From assembly GCA_963839475.1 (NCBI GenBank), contig CAWIVH010000019.1:202725-266724 (forward strand): a stretch of DNA of 64,000 nt, given 5' to 3'. This document shows, in pieces, positions 29,826 to 39,072 of the stretch. Numbering within the stretch: the first letter of the stretch is position 1; every line of letters starts with the position of its first letter. The notes beneath the pieces were generated by a model that had not been told where the DNA came from, searched no databases, and was given only the letters and a program-made list of their open reading frames with translations. This DNA comes from an uncultured Acidobacteriota bacterium (lineage in GTDB: Bacteria; Acidobacteriota; UBA6911). The translations under genes and the position numbers were made by a program.

Positions 29826-30825
29826 ACTAGAGCGGATCCAGAGGATACCCGAGATCGCGCCAGGCGTCGAGACCGCCCGCGAGCGGCCGGACATCGGCTT
29901 TTCCTAGCCGGCGCAGCATCAGCGCTACACGAGCGCTGGTCGCCTCATTGGGTCAAGTGCAGTAGAGGATGAGCTCGCGATCTCCGGGAATCTCGTGAAT
30001 CCGGCGCTCGAGTTCCGCCGGCGTGATGTGCAGCGCACCCGGCAATTTCACACTGTCGGCTTCCGATATCAGGTCGTGGCGCAGATCGATGATGTTGAGG
30101 CTTTCGCCCGCTTCCAGTCTCTGTTTCAGTTCCTCCGGTGTGATACGTGCGGTGCGCAAGTGCGCCAGAAATCGCCTGCGCTGGAGGAGTTTGAAAGCCA
30201 ACCAGAACGCGATCGAGCCAAGCAGCAGAACGGTCATCCCGGCACCGAGACGAAATGCGTGCCTGGCGACGACCTCCAGCTGTTCGCTGAACAAAAATCC
30301 CAGGCCGGCGAATGCCCCGATCCAGAGCAACGATCCGATCGCATCCATGGCGATGAAGCGCAGGAGGGAAACCCGGAGCATCCCCGCCAGGGGAGGCGCA
30401 ACAGTCCCCAGTCCGGGCACGAATTTGGCATAGATCAGAGACCAGACCCCATGCCGCTCGAATAGATTTTCAGTCCGGCGAACACAAGAATCGGGTTCCA
30501 ACGAAATCCGGCACAGAAAGCGCAGCATGGAGCTTCCTTTTTGCCGGCCCAGCTCATACCAGATGAGATCCGCCATCACGGAAGCTCCCACTCCCGCAAC
30601 AAGGGCGAGTCTGAATGAAACTTTCCCGTGGGCCGCCAGAGCACCGACAGCAAGGAGGTAGGGAGCCGCCGGGATGGGAATGCCGACCTGTTCCGCGAAC
30701 ACGATGCCGACCAGCACCGCGTAGCCATGATGGAGAACAAATTGAAGAACCGATTGCATAAGCTCCGATATTACCGGCTGAAAAGGAATCAGGTTGGAAC
30801 CACCCCAATTCCACCACCGCTCCAC
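29826..30825 (-). CDS. DedA-family membrane protein fused to a rhodanese domain, with in-frame TGA (29953-29955) at the predicted catalytic-Cys position (candidate selenocysteine; alternatively a nonsense mutation)
   Basis: DedA motifs FAEQVGIPIPAAPYLLAVG and FVPGLGTVAPPLAG. Rhodanese begins ..NIIDLRHD..ILYCT, then TGA. The same frame continues PNEATSARVALMLRRLGKADVRPLAGGLDAWRDLGYPLDPL* with the rhodanese C-terminal GGxxxW hallmark, ending at TAG 29826-29828. The track ORF stops at the TGA. The likely start is ATG 30757-30759 (MQSVLQF..); the alternative is 30825. Confidence 0.6.
29920..29938 (-). promoter_or_regulatory. candidate bacterial SECIS-like hairpin downstream of the in-frame UGA
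   Basis: mRNA reads UGA-CCCAAUGAGGCGAC-[CAGCGCU]-CGUGU-[AGCGCUG]. Perfect 7-bp stem with a 5-nt apical loop containing GU. The loop starts 21 nt after the UGA, within the 16-37 nt window of bacterial SECIS models. Confidence 0.35.
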
Positions 30826-30989
30826 CTGAGGTCGGACGCCGCCAGAATTCGAAATTTCCAGGAATTATTACCTCTTTAAGATGAAAAAACGACCCGAATT
30901 ATTGAAGAGTCTGAATGTATATTCCCAAATGGCCCGAAATCATCGGAAAAAATGGTCCAATGAAATCGCTGCCATGAGGAGGAGTCCAA

Positions 30990-33011
30990 ATGATCGACAA
31001 ATTCGTCGGCCTTCTGCTGACTTCCACAGCGGTGGCAGCAGTTTTGTTCCTGGCAGGCATCTTTTTGAAATCCATCTACTCGATCGGGCCGACGCAGGTC
31101 GGTCTGGTGCGGAAGCGGTTCGGGAAAAGGCTGCCGGACGACAATCCCGTTGCATTCAACGGCGAAGCCGGTTATCAGGCACAACTGCTGATGCCCGGCC
31201 TCCGCTTCAAGTTTTATCTGCAGTATGCCGTGACCAAACACCCATGGGTGCAGGTGCCGGCCGGACAGATCGGAGTTGTCATAGCGCAGATCGGGGATCC
31301 ACTGCCCATTGGAGCCAAGTCCGCAATTTATACTCCAAGCTTTGGAACCTTCACCGATTTACAGACATTCGTAAACGGTGTCGAGGCAAGGGACGGCGGC
31401 CCAATAATAAGGGGTCAAAAAGGAGTGCAGCGTCCCGTGCTTCCTCCGGGCACTCTGGCGCCCATACATCCCGTAGCTTTCCTGGTGATCACCAAGCCTC
31501 AGGTCTACGGTATCCTGATCTCGGAAGAACTTCGCCGCAGCGTCAAGGGCGACGCGCTCACGTATCAGGCATGGGGTCAGTTGCGTGAGGAACACCTGGA
31601 TGTGACGAGGATTGAGCCAAAAGCCACCGAAGGCGGGCGGGTCATCGATATGGTAGGCGTGGTCACCACCCTGGAAGGCGATTCGCTTCCCGCCGGCGAC
31701 ATTGCCAGCCGTCTCGGAGGATTCGAAGATATCAAGGCCATTGAATTTGAATCCAAGGGTGGCGAAGCGACAGCAGTCCCGATCTCCAACTCCAAACTTA
31801 TTGAAACGATCCTGGGCAGCAAGAATGATCAACATAACAGCTACCAGGATTTCCAGACCTTCCTGGACAAAGGCGGCAAGATCGGGTTGCAGCACGATCC
31901 ACTGCTCTATGGCGCTTACAACCTGAACCCTTTCCTGATGAAGGTGGAACAAGTGCCGATGCTCGTTGTAGAGCAGGGACAGGTAGCGGTCATCAAATCG
32001 TATGTCGGCCTGCCGACGGAGGACACGTCCGGCGCCGAGTTCAAATTCGGCAGCCTGGTCAGACCCGGACATCGCGGCATCTGGGAAGAGCCGTTGAGGA
32101 CCGGCAAGTATCCAATCAACCCCCGGATCTACCAGGCTGAAATTGTTCCCACGGCTATCCTCAAGCTGGATTGGTCCAAGGGAATCACTGGCGCACACAG
32201 GCTTGACGAGAGACTTGAACCGATTGTGGCCAAAAGCCGAGAAGGTTTCGTGTTTGCGATAGACCTCCAGGTCCTAATTCACGTTCCCGATACGAAAGCG
32301 CCGCGCGTCATTTCCATGGTCGGCAGCATGCTGAATCTGGTCAACGAGGTGCTGCAGGCAGCGGTGGGCAATCTTTTCAGGGACAAATTGGGCGGCATGC
32401 CGGCCGTGAAATTCATAGAGACCCGTCAGACCGTGCAGCAAGAGGCATTGGCGCACATTTCGAAACAGCTTTCCTTGTATGAAGTGGAAACCAAAGGTGT
32501 CTACATACAAGATGTCATTCTCCCTGAAGCGCTGGTTCAGGTTTTGACCCAGAGAGAAATTGCCAACCAGGAAGTGGAGACTTTTAAAAAGCAGAAAACC
32601 GCACAGGATCAACGCATCGAGACCGAAGCGGCCACGGGAAAAGCCGACATGCAAAAGAGCCTTGCGGCCTCGGAGGTCAGCGTATTAATCAAGAAGAACA
32701 ATGCCGACGCCCGGGCGCAGGAAGCTCGCGGCGAAGCCGAGTTTACCAAGCAGACGGGGCTTGCCCAGGCTGACGTGATCCGAGCCCAGGGAGTAGCTAG
32801 GGCGGACGGCTTCAAAGCTCAAAACGAGGCCATTGGTTCCTCCGGCACGCTGCTCGTGAACGTCGCCACGGTGCTGGCCGAAAAGAATGTCAAGATTATG
32901 CCCGATATTCTCGTAGCAGGGGGTGGCAGCGCGATCGACGGCCTGGCAGCGACTCTGACCCAGACTTTTGCTGGCCGGAAAAACCTGTCATCCGATCTGA
33001 GTGATAAATAA
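30990..33011 (+). CDS. SPFH/band-7 (flotillin-like) membrane protein
   Basis: N-terminal TM anchor LLLTSTAVAAVLFLAGIFL. Long SPFH-like domain. C-terminal Ala/Glu/Gln-rich coiled coil (..AQDQRIETEAATGKADMQKSLAASE..ARAQEARGEAEF..). RBS AGGAGGAG before the ATG. Confidence 0.8.
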   Translation: MIDKFVGLLLTSTAVAAVLFLAGIFLKSIYSIGPTQVGLVRKRFGKRLPDDNPVAFNGEAGYQAQLLMPGLRFKFYLQYAVTKHPWVQVPAGQIGVVIAQIGDPLPIGAKSAIYTPSFGTFTDLQTFVNGVEARDGGPIIRGQKGVQRPVLPPGTLAPIHPVAFLVITKPQVYGILISEELRRSVKGDALTYQAWGQLREEHLDVTRIEPKATEGGRVIDMVGVVTTLEGDSLPAGDIASRLGGFEDIKAIEFESKGGEATAVPISNSKLIETILGSKNDQHNSYQDFQTFLDKGGKIGLQHDPLLYGAYNLNPFLMKVEQVPMLVVEQGQVAVIKSYVGLPTEDTSGAEFKFGSLVRPGHRGIWEEPLRTGKYPINPRIYQAEIVPTAILKLDWSKGITGAHRLDERLEPIVAKSREGFVFAIDLQVLIHVPDTKAPRVISMVGSMLNLVNEVLQAAVGNLFRDKLGGMPAVKFIETRQTVQQEALAHISKQLSLYEVETKGVYIQDVILPEALVQVLTQREIANQEVETFKKQKTAQDQRIETEAATGKADMQKSLAASEVSVLIKKNNADARAQEARGEAEFTKQTGLAQADVIRAQGVARADGFKAQNEAIGSSGTLLVNVATVLAEKNVKIMPDILVAGGGSAIDGLAATLTQTFAGRKNLSSDLSDK

Positions 33012-33251
33012 AGAGGCTGCCGAAAACACTAGTGGTGATGAACTGTATCATTCAAAATCGGGAGTAGTGTGTGCAGAGATACTGGACCTGCTTGCCCTGC
33101 TCCCGAAGTCCTGATGGCAATCCGTTGGGCCATGCCGCCGGCCTCCGGCCGCGCTCCTCGAATATTATTCCCGGAAGTGCCGGAGGAGCGAGGCGCCAAA
33201 GAAAGGTTCAATGTTCTACCCCCGGCAGCCGTGAGTCACATCCTGACCTGA

Positions 33252-33725
33252 TCAGGACGTCCGGTTTTCCGGGGATGGAGCCAAGCCTGAAAGCGCGCGC
33301 CCCACGAAAACGCTGATGACCGGCGTAAGAATGGTTCCGAAGATCAAGCCCTGGAGGCGCGTCATCATTGCTTTGCCAAACGGCAGCGTCGTTCCCTCCG
33401 GGATATTGAGAGAATCCCAATGAATGTAATAGGTCTTCAAGTCGCCTAAGTAGCTGATCAGGGTGGCAAGAAAGATCAGAATCTGACCGAAAAGCCCGAT
33501 AGTAATGCCGATGAGCAAAGTGCCCTTCCAGTCAAAGCCCCCGACGCGCTTTGAGAGTGCGCCATAGTAGAGACAGCTGATGATGGTCATTCCGAGAACG
33601 GAAAACATTGCGTTCCCGCGCGGCGCGTAGGGAACTCCGGCTATTCCGAGACTGAAACGGGCCACAGCCCAGATTACCAGCAACAACATTGGCAAACGAA
33701 CGAACCTGACGACTGAACCGAGCAT
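33252..33725 (-). CDS. hypothetical integral membrane protein (4 TM)
   Basis: Four hydrophobic helices (LPMLLLVIWAVARF.., MFSVLGMTIISCLYYGAL, LLIGITIGLFGQILIFLATLI, LIFGTILTPVISVFV). No known motif. Confidence 0.5.
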   Translation of the reverse strand: MLGSVVRFVRLPMLLLVIWAVARFSLGIAGVPYAPRGNAMFSVLGMTIISCLYYGALSKRVGGFDWKGTLLIGITIGLFGQILIFLATLISYLGDLKTYYIHWDSLNIPEGTTLPFGKAMMTRLQGLIFGTILTPVISVFVGRALSGLAPSPENRTS

Positions 33726-34535
33726 GTTTCTCTCCTAAATCGTGAGCCGGCGTGCTTCGCTCGCAAACGGACCAGGCAAACGTTATATGGGATCGCAGAT
33801 CAGGAATCCCGGTTTGCCTTGCATCATCTCCGATGAGGAATTTCTCATTGAAGCATCTACCGGATTTACTCAATATAATACCATCCAAGAGAGACACAGG
33901 TGATGCGCATCATGAGTCGACGGTTCTGCGGGTTTGTTTTTGCCATTATCGTTTAAGCATAATCTCTCAAGCTCGATTCCCGTGAATAACTTCCCTCCCT
34001 TCGCGTCCTGTTTATCGGGAACAGCAATACCTATTTCAGCAACCTGCCGGAGAGTTCCTGCCGCAGCTACGCGGCTTTTTGAGAATAGAAACTTGGACTA
34101 GCGCACGGCGGGAGTCATCCACCTGCGGCAAATACAGCAAAATCAATCAGACCGCCAAACCACAAAGGCCGCAAAGGTTTTATTTATATATCTTTGCGGT
34201 CTTCGCGCCTTCGTGTTTCAATCTCTCGAGCGTTCCAAGTTTCCAGAGAGCCTCGCAGTTGCACAAGAAATATTCCTTCATCAGCGACATAATCGCACGG
34301 GCACAGCCAAAACAGCGGAGCCTGCAAGTGCGATCCATCGACCTTCTTGTCAGTCGATACCCATCGTGGGACTTGAAGATGCACTATGTCTGTGCTTGAA
34401 TTGAAATCAATCGGTCGGGACGGTGTAGGTCAGCTGGAAGAAAATTCAGAAAACTCGGGTTTCGAAGCAATTTCGAAAAGAATTTCTTCAGCCAAAGTTT
34501 CTTCATCCCAATTCCGGTGGAACAAGGACTGGTCG

Positions 34536-35519
34536 ATGGAGAAAATCGGGAAGTACCTGATTCTGGAGAAGCTGGGCCAGGGTGGTATGGGGGTGGTGTA
34601 TAAAGCGCTGGATCCCCTCATCGAGCGCGTGGTCGCGGTGAAGATGATCGTCTCGAACCTCACCGACGAGCCTGAGCTCAGAGCGCGGTTTTTTCGTGAA
34701 GGCCGCTCCGCAGGACAACTCAGCCACAAAAACATTGTGACTATTTTCGACCTGGGTGAGGAACGCGGGACTGCCTACCTGGCGATGGAGTATCTCGAAG
34801 GCGAAGACCTCCGGTCACTGATGCGCACAGGTAGCATCACCCTGGAAGAGAAGCTGCGGATTGTCAGGGAGATCTGCGAGGGGCTTTCTCATGCACACGA
34901 AAATAAGGTCATCCATAGAGACATCAAGCCAGCCAACATCTTTCTCACGAAATCGGGCCAGGTAAAAATTCTCGATTTTGGCCTGGCCCGGACCATGCAG
35001 TCGGACCTGACCAATACCGGCCAGGCTCTCGGCTCGCCAAACTACATGTCTCCCGAACAGGTGCGCGGAGAAGATCTCGACCACCGGACCGATATCTTCT
35101 CTGTGGGGGTTCTTTTTTATGAACTGCTCACGCTCCGAAAGGCCTTCCAGGGCGATTCCTTCACCTCCACCATTTTCAAAATCCTCCAGAACGATCCTGA
35201 GCCCATTGAGAATTTCAATTCCGAGATCCCCCCGGAAATCTGCGCGATAGTCTTCAGGGCCTTGGCGAAAAAGCCGGAAGACCGCTATTCCACTCTGGAT
35301 GAAATGCGGCGGGATCTCGATCGGGTGACGGGTTTGAGTACCGGTGACACCGCAATGGTCGCCGGCAATACTGCATGGGTCGAGAATGCCGGTCGCAGAA
35401 TCACGCCCGCAATCAGCCGACCAGGGCAGCCCAAGCGGGGGACCGTTATCATCCGTTTCGAGAGAGGCCCAGACGGAGATCAGTTCCGGCAGGCGGGGAA
35501 ATTCAAAGACGTTTCCTAG
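34536..35519 (+). CDS. Ser/Thr protein kinase (Hanks-type)
   Basis: Start at ATG 34536 (AAGGA upstream); the track ORF starts at 34386. Glycine loop LGQGGMGVVYKA, catalytic VAVK, HRDIKPANIFL, DFGLAR, SPNYMSPE. The frame-0 stop at 35517 comes before any TM segment. Confidence 0.85.
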   Translation: MEKIGKYLILEKLGQGGMGVVYKALDPLIERVVAVKMIVSNLTDEPELRARFFREGRSAGQLSHKNIVTIFDLGEERGTAYLAMEYLEGEDLRSLMRTGSITLEEKLRIVREICEGLSHAHENKVIHRDIKPANIFLTKSGQVKILDFGLARTMQSDLTNTGQALGSPNYMSPEQVRGEDLDHRTDIFSVGVLFYELLTLRKAFQGDSFTSTIFKILQNDPEPIENFNSEIPPEICAIVFRALAKKPEDRYSTLDEMRRDLDRVTGLSTGDTAMVAGNTAWVENAGRRITPAISRPGQPKRGTVIIRFERGPDGDQFRQAGKFKDVS

Positions 35520-35710
35520 GCGGGGAAGCGCCGGAGCGGTCCGGCAATCGTCCGTCGGCGCGACAGCCAGCCGGCGGGAGGACAAAACCGAACTCGACAT
35601 TCCAACTGCGCCGGATAATCTGGCGATTCCCAAGCATCCGCCAAATCGAGTTCGAAATGTCGCTGCCGCAGTCGTGGTTTGCTTGGTATTAACGGCTTTT
35701 ATCTGGGTGC

Positions 35711-36982
35711 TTGCGCACCGGGCAATCCGAACCGGCAGCCCAGCTCCAGAGCGATCCCCAGATTGTCAAACCCAAGGAACCGGTCCAGGCAAAGTCTACC
35801 CCGGCCCCCGTGCCGGAGGTTGCCTCGCCGCCGCAGAATACGGGAGTGAAAGCCGATATGCCGGCGGTTCAGGAGAAAGCTCGCATCGGCAGCGATCCGA
35901 TAGAAGCCGGCAAACACAGCGCAAAATCGCTGCTTGCCAAGGGCGACTACAATAGAGCAGGCGCGGCCTTGAGGGAGGTGCTCGCTGCCGCGCCGGCGGA
36001 TAAGGAAGCGTTGAGGCTTGCTTCCCAGGTCAATGAAATCCTGCGCAATGACGCCGCGAAAGCGATTTCGAGCCTTAAAGAGGAGAGGTCCAGAGCGGAG
36101 AATTCCAGAAGCCCTGATTTTGCGCCCCAGACATTCACGGCGGCAACGGCGGTCAATGCCGATGCTATCCGGTCGTTTTCAGAAGGCAAGTACGAGGAAG
36201 CTGCCGCCAGGGCAAGCGAGGCCGGGGAACTCTATGCCCGGGCCGAGACGGAGGCGCGGGCCGAAAGCACTGTTCGCGCTGAAATGGCGAAAAAAAACGA
36301 GGCGGAGCGCGCGCTGGCGCAACTGCGCGCCCGGAGCGAAGCGGCGCGCCAGAATTATGACCGGGAGCGCGAATTGACCTTGCAGTCAGGGGCAAAGGAT
36401 GCGGTGCCGGATCGGTTCGGAGAAGCTGAAAAAACGGCCAATGCCGCCAAAATCAAGATCAATAACGGGGACTTTGACGGCGCAGCCCATGACTATGAAT
36501 CGGCTGCCAGCGCCATGCGGCAGGCGAGAACCCTGACACTTGAATCCGCGCGAAAAGAGGCTGTTAAACCCCCTGAGGCTTCCAAGCCAGCCTCTGCCGG
36601 CGCACCATCCGGCATCCCCGCGGCAAGTGATTCCGTCGAGAGCGCCCAGAAAGCCATAAACAACGTGCCTGAACAATACAAAGAAGCTATGGAGGGCAAA
36701 AACCTCAGCCTGCTAAAGAAAATCTGGCCGACCCTGACCAACCAGCAGGAGTCGGCCTATAAAAATCAATGGGCCTATACCCGATCTCTTCGCATCCAAC
36801 TGCAAAAATCCAAAATAGAGCGGCTACAAGGGGAATCGGCGACCCTGACCGTTTATCTGCGCTATGAGCAAAATACAGATGATGGTTCAAACCGAAAGTG
36901 GAATCAAAAAGCGACTTTCGATCTGACCAGGAAAGGGCAGGATTGGTTCATCGAGAAAGCGGGATTTGAGGCGGTTCGATGA
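35711..36982 (+). CDS. Ala/Glu-rich coiled-coil protein (possibly the extracytoplasmic part of the upstream kinase if frameshifts are artefacts)
   Basis: Track ORF starts at a TTG. Pro-rich linker (PKEPVQAKSTPAPVPEVASPPQ), then a long Ala/Arg/Glu coiled coil. A TM helix (NVAAAVVVCLVLTAFIWVLA) is encoded in the third frame just upstream (35640-35710). Confidence 0.45.
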   Translation: MRTGQSEPAAQLQSDPQIVKPKEPVQAKSTPAPVPEVASPPQNTGVKADMPAVQEKARIGSDPIEAGKHSAKSLLAKGDYNRAGAALREVLAAAPADKEALRLASQVNEILRNDAAKAISSLKEERSRAENSRSPDFAPQTFTAATAVNADAIRSFSEGKYEEAAARASEAGELYARAETEARAESTVRAEMAKKNEAERALAQLRARSEAARQNYDRERELTLQSGAKDAVPDRFGEAEKTANAAKIKINNGDFDGAAHDYESAASAMRQARTLTLESARKEAVKPPEASKPASAGAPSGIPAASDSVESAQKAINNVPEQYKEAMEGKNLSLLKKIWPTLTNQQESAYKNQWAYTRSLRIQLQKSKIERLQGESATLTVYLRYEQNTDDGSNRKWNQKATFDLTRKGQDWFIEKAGFEAVR

Positions 36983-37024
36983 GCCTTCGGAAAATCGCGA
37001 AACCGGATATGGCGGAGAAAAGGG

Positions 37025-38338
37025 ATGACCATGGTCAGATATTTTTCGATTGTGCTTCTGTTGTTTGCCTGGGCGGGATCACCCGCTGCGTTTGCGCAGA
37101 AAAAGGAAAAGCTGGCGCTGCTCATCGGTAATATCTATGGGCCGAACGGGCTTGTGGTGGACAGCCAGGTCCTGGCCGTGGACGGGCTTCCGCACAACGC
37201 CCATTTCAATGACGATTTTCAGCAGCAATTCCGGGAATTCAACACCGCATTAGCCGGACAGCTTACCACCCTGCCGCTGCCATCGCCTGCCGCCGGTTTT
37301 ACCTACACACTGGATACGTCCACGGGGCTTCTGAAACGATCGACCCAGAGTTTTGGCCCTATTCTTTCCGAACGGGCCGAAACCATTGGCAAGAACAAGT
37401 TCTCATTCGGACTCAATTACCAGCATTTCAATTTCAATTCCCTCGAGGGGATGAGTCTGACCAATTTTGCGACGACCTACCGCCACGAAGACTATGTGCT
37501 TGGAGGGGGTCGCACAGATCTGGTAACCGCTGACAATTCGCTCGATGTCTCGATCAACGAAGTCATCGCGTATCTCAGTTACGGCCTTACCGACAGGATC
37601 GATCTGTCGCTGGCAGTTCCGCTGGTGCGCACAAGTCTGAGCATGTCCTCCAATGCCACGATTGTCCGCATTGGCACAACCGATCCCAAGATTCACTATT
37701 TCACCGATCCGGGGGTTCCGGGAGGATATGGCATTCACAAGGGGTACTTTTCTTCCGGAAGTGCAAGCGGCTTAGGGGACATCATCGTCAGGGTGAAAGG
37801 GCGCGCCGTTCGTCGTGAAAATATGGGAATCGCCTTCGCATTGGATATGCGGGCGCCCACAGGAGATGAGATGGACCTGCTGGGATCGGGAGCCTTTGGA
37901 GTCAAGCCGAGTATGTCTATGTCGTATCTCTATAAGCGAATATCGCCGCACCTTAACTTGGGATACCAGTGGAACGGGAAAAGCCTGCTCGCCGGCGACC
38001 TCCAGGCGCAAAAGGTTTCTCTGCCGAACTCCCTGACCTGCGCCGCCGGGGTCGACGCCGGGATCAACTCCAAGCTGACGCTGGTGTTCGACTTCCTGGG
38101 CCAGAGAGTCCTCGATTCTCCCCGGCTGGGACAAAGTAGTTTCGTCGGATCCGACGGCAAGACCTATCCTGATTTTCAATCCAGAACGGGCTCATTCAGC
38201 GTAAACAGCGGGTCGGCGGGATTGAAATTGAATGCTGCGGGAAAGTTGCTCGTTAATTTCAACCTGCTGTTTAGGCTCAATAAAGCCGGACTTCACGACA
38301 AAGTCAGCCCGCTGATCGGGATTGAATATAGCTTTTAA
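37025..38338 (+). CDS. outer-membrane beta-barrel protein
   Basis: Signal peptide MTMVRYFSIVLLLFAWAGSPAAFAQ. Amphipathic beta-strands. C-terminal ..IGIEYSF ends in Phe, as in OMP barrels. Confidence 0.6.
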   Translation: MTMVRYFSIVLLLFAWAGSPAAFAQKKEKLALLIGNIYGPNGLVVDSQVLAVDGLPHNAHFNDDFQQQFREFNTALAGQLTTLPLPSPAAGFTYTLDTSTGLLKRSTQSFGPILSERAETIGKNKFSFGLNYQHFNFNSLEGMSLTNFATTYRHEDYVLGGGRTDLVTADNSLDVSINEVIAYLSYGLTDRIDLSLAVPLVRTSLSMSSNATIVRIGTTDPKIHYFTDPGVPGGYGIHKGYFSSGSASGLGDIIVRVKGRAVRRENMGIAFALDMRAPTGDEMDLLGSGAFGVKPSMSMSYLYKRISPHLNLGYQWNGKSLLAGDLQAQKVSLPNSLTCAAGVDAGINSKLTLVFDFLGQRVLDSPRLGQSSFVGSDGKTYPDFQSRTGSFSVNSGSAGLKLNAAGKLLVNFNLLFRLNKAGLHDKVSPLIGIEYSF

Positions 38339-38413
38339 CGCTGGCTGCCGAAGCGCGCCGATGCGGCATTGGGGGGCGCGAAGGATGGCCGGCAATATGC
38401 AGGAGCCGAACAG

Positions 38414-39001
38414 ATGGCAGATGCCATGGATACCTTGATTGAAGAACACCGAGTGATCGACCAACTGCTTTCTGCATTGGAAACATTTACCGATCGCCTG
38501 GGAGAGGAACCCGACCGCGATCGGGCAACAGTCCGGGATTTCGCGGGCTTTTTTTCTTACTTCGTCGATACCTGCCACCACGGCAAGGAAGAAAATTACC
38601 TGTTTCCACGCATGAATGCCTATGGCTTTTCCAGGCAGGGCGGGCCGGTATCGGCCATGCTGTCGGAACAAGGGGAAGGCCGCGATCACCTGAGCGCCTT
38701 GATAGCCATCGGTGAAGGTTCCGGGACCCTAACCTCGCAGGAGCAATCGCTGGTCCGCGGCCATGCCCTGGGCTATATCCTGCGGATACAATTGCACATG
38801 AAACGAGAGGATGAAATCCTCTTTCCGGTGGCCCGGCATTCTTTGCCGGCTTTCGTTTTGGAGGAGCTTGCAACGGATTTTGATAATTTCAGCCAAAACA
38901 TCCTGCCGCACTCCACTCACGACGCGGTACTCCGGACCGCAAAAAACCTGACCGTAAAATATCCGCCCAAGCCGAAGGGCCGCCTCCCCTTCCCTTCGTG
39001 A
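38414..39001 (+). CDS. hemerythrin-like (HHE cation-binding) domain protein
   Basis: Start at ATG 38414 (AGGAG 8 nt upstream). Iron-binding motifs EEHRVIDQLL, HHGKEENYLFP and HMKREDEILFP. Confidence 0.7.
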   Translation: MADAMDTLIEEHRVIDQLLSALETFTDRLGEEPDRDRATVRDFAGFFSYFVDTCHHGKEENYLFPRMNAYGFSRQGGPVSAMLSEQGEGRDHLSALIAIGEGSGTLTSQEQSLVRGHALGYILRIQLHMKREDEILFPVARHSLPAFVLEELATDFDNFSQNILPHSTHDAVLRTAKNLTVKYPPKPKGRLPFPS

Positions 39002-39072
39002 TTCAAAGACTGCCGGCGACAAGCCCGGATGGACCGGTTGCATGCCATTCAGCTCGTACCTTCATCGCTCTG

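Noticed and set aside
29953-29955. Possibility that TGA is globally reassigned (code 4/25) in this organism.
   Set aside because: Many clearly complete genes in the window terminate at TGA with sensible C-termini, and GC content is high. Standard code 11 fits.
35344-35955. Frame-1 ORF called as an independent 203-aa gene.
   Set aside because: Only its central part (linker plus TM helix) looks coding. It is better explained as the middle piece of a kinase-TM-coiled-coil gene split over three frames (see finding).
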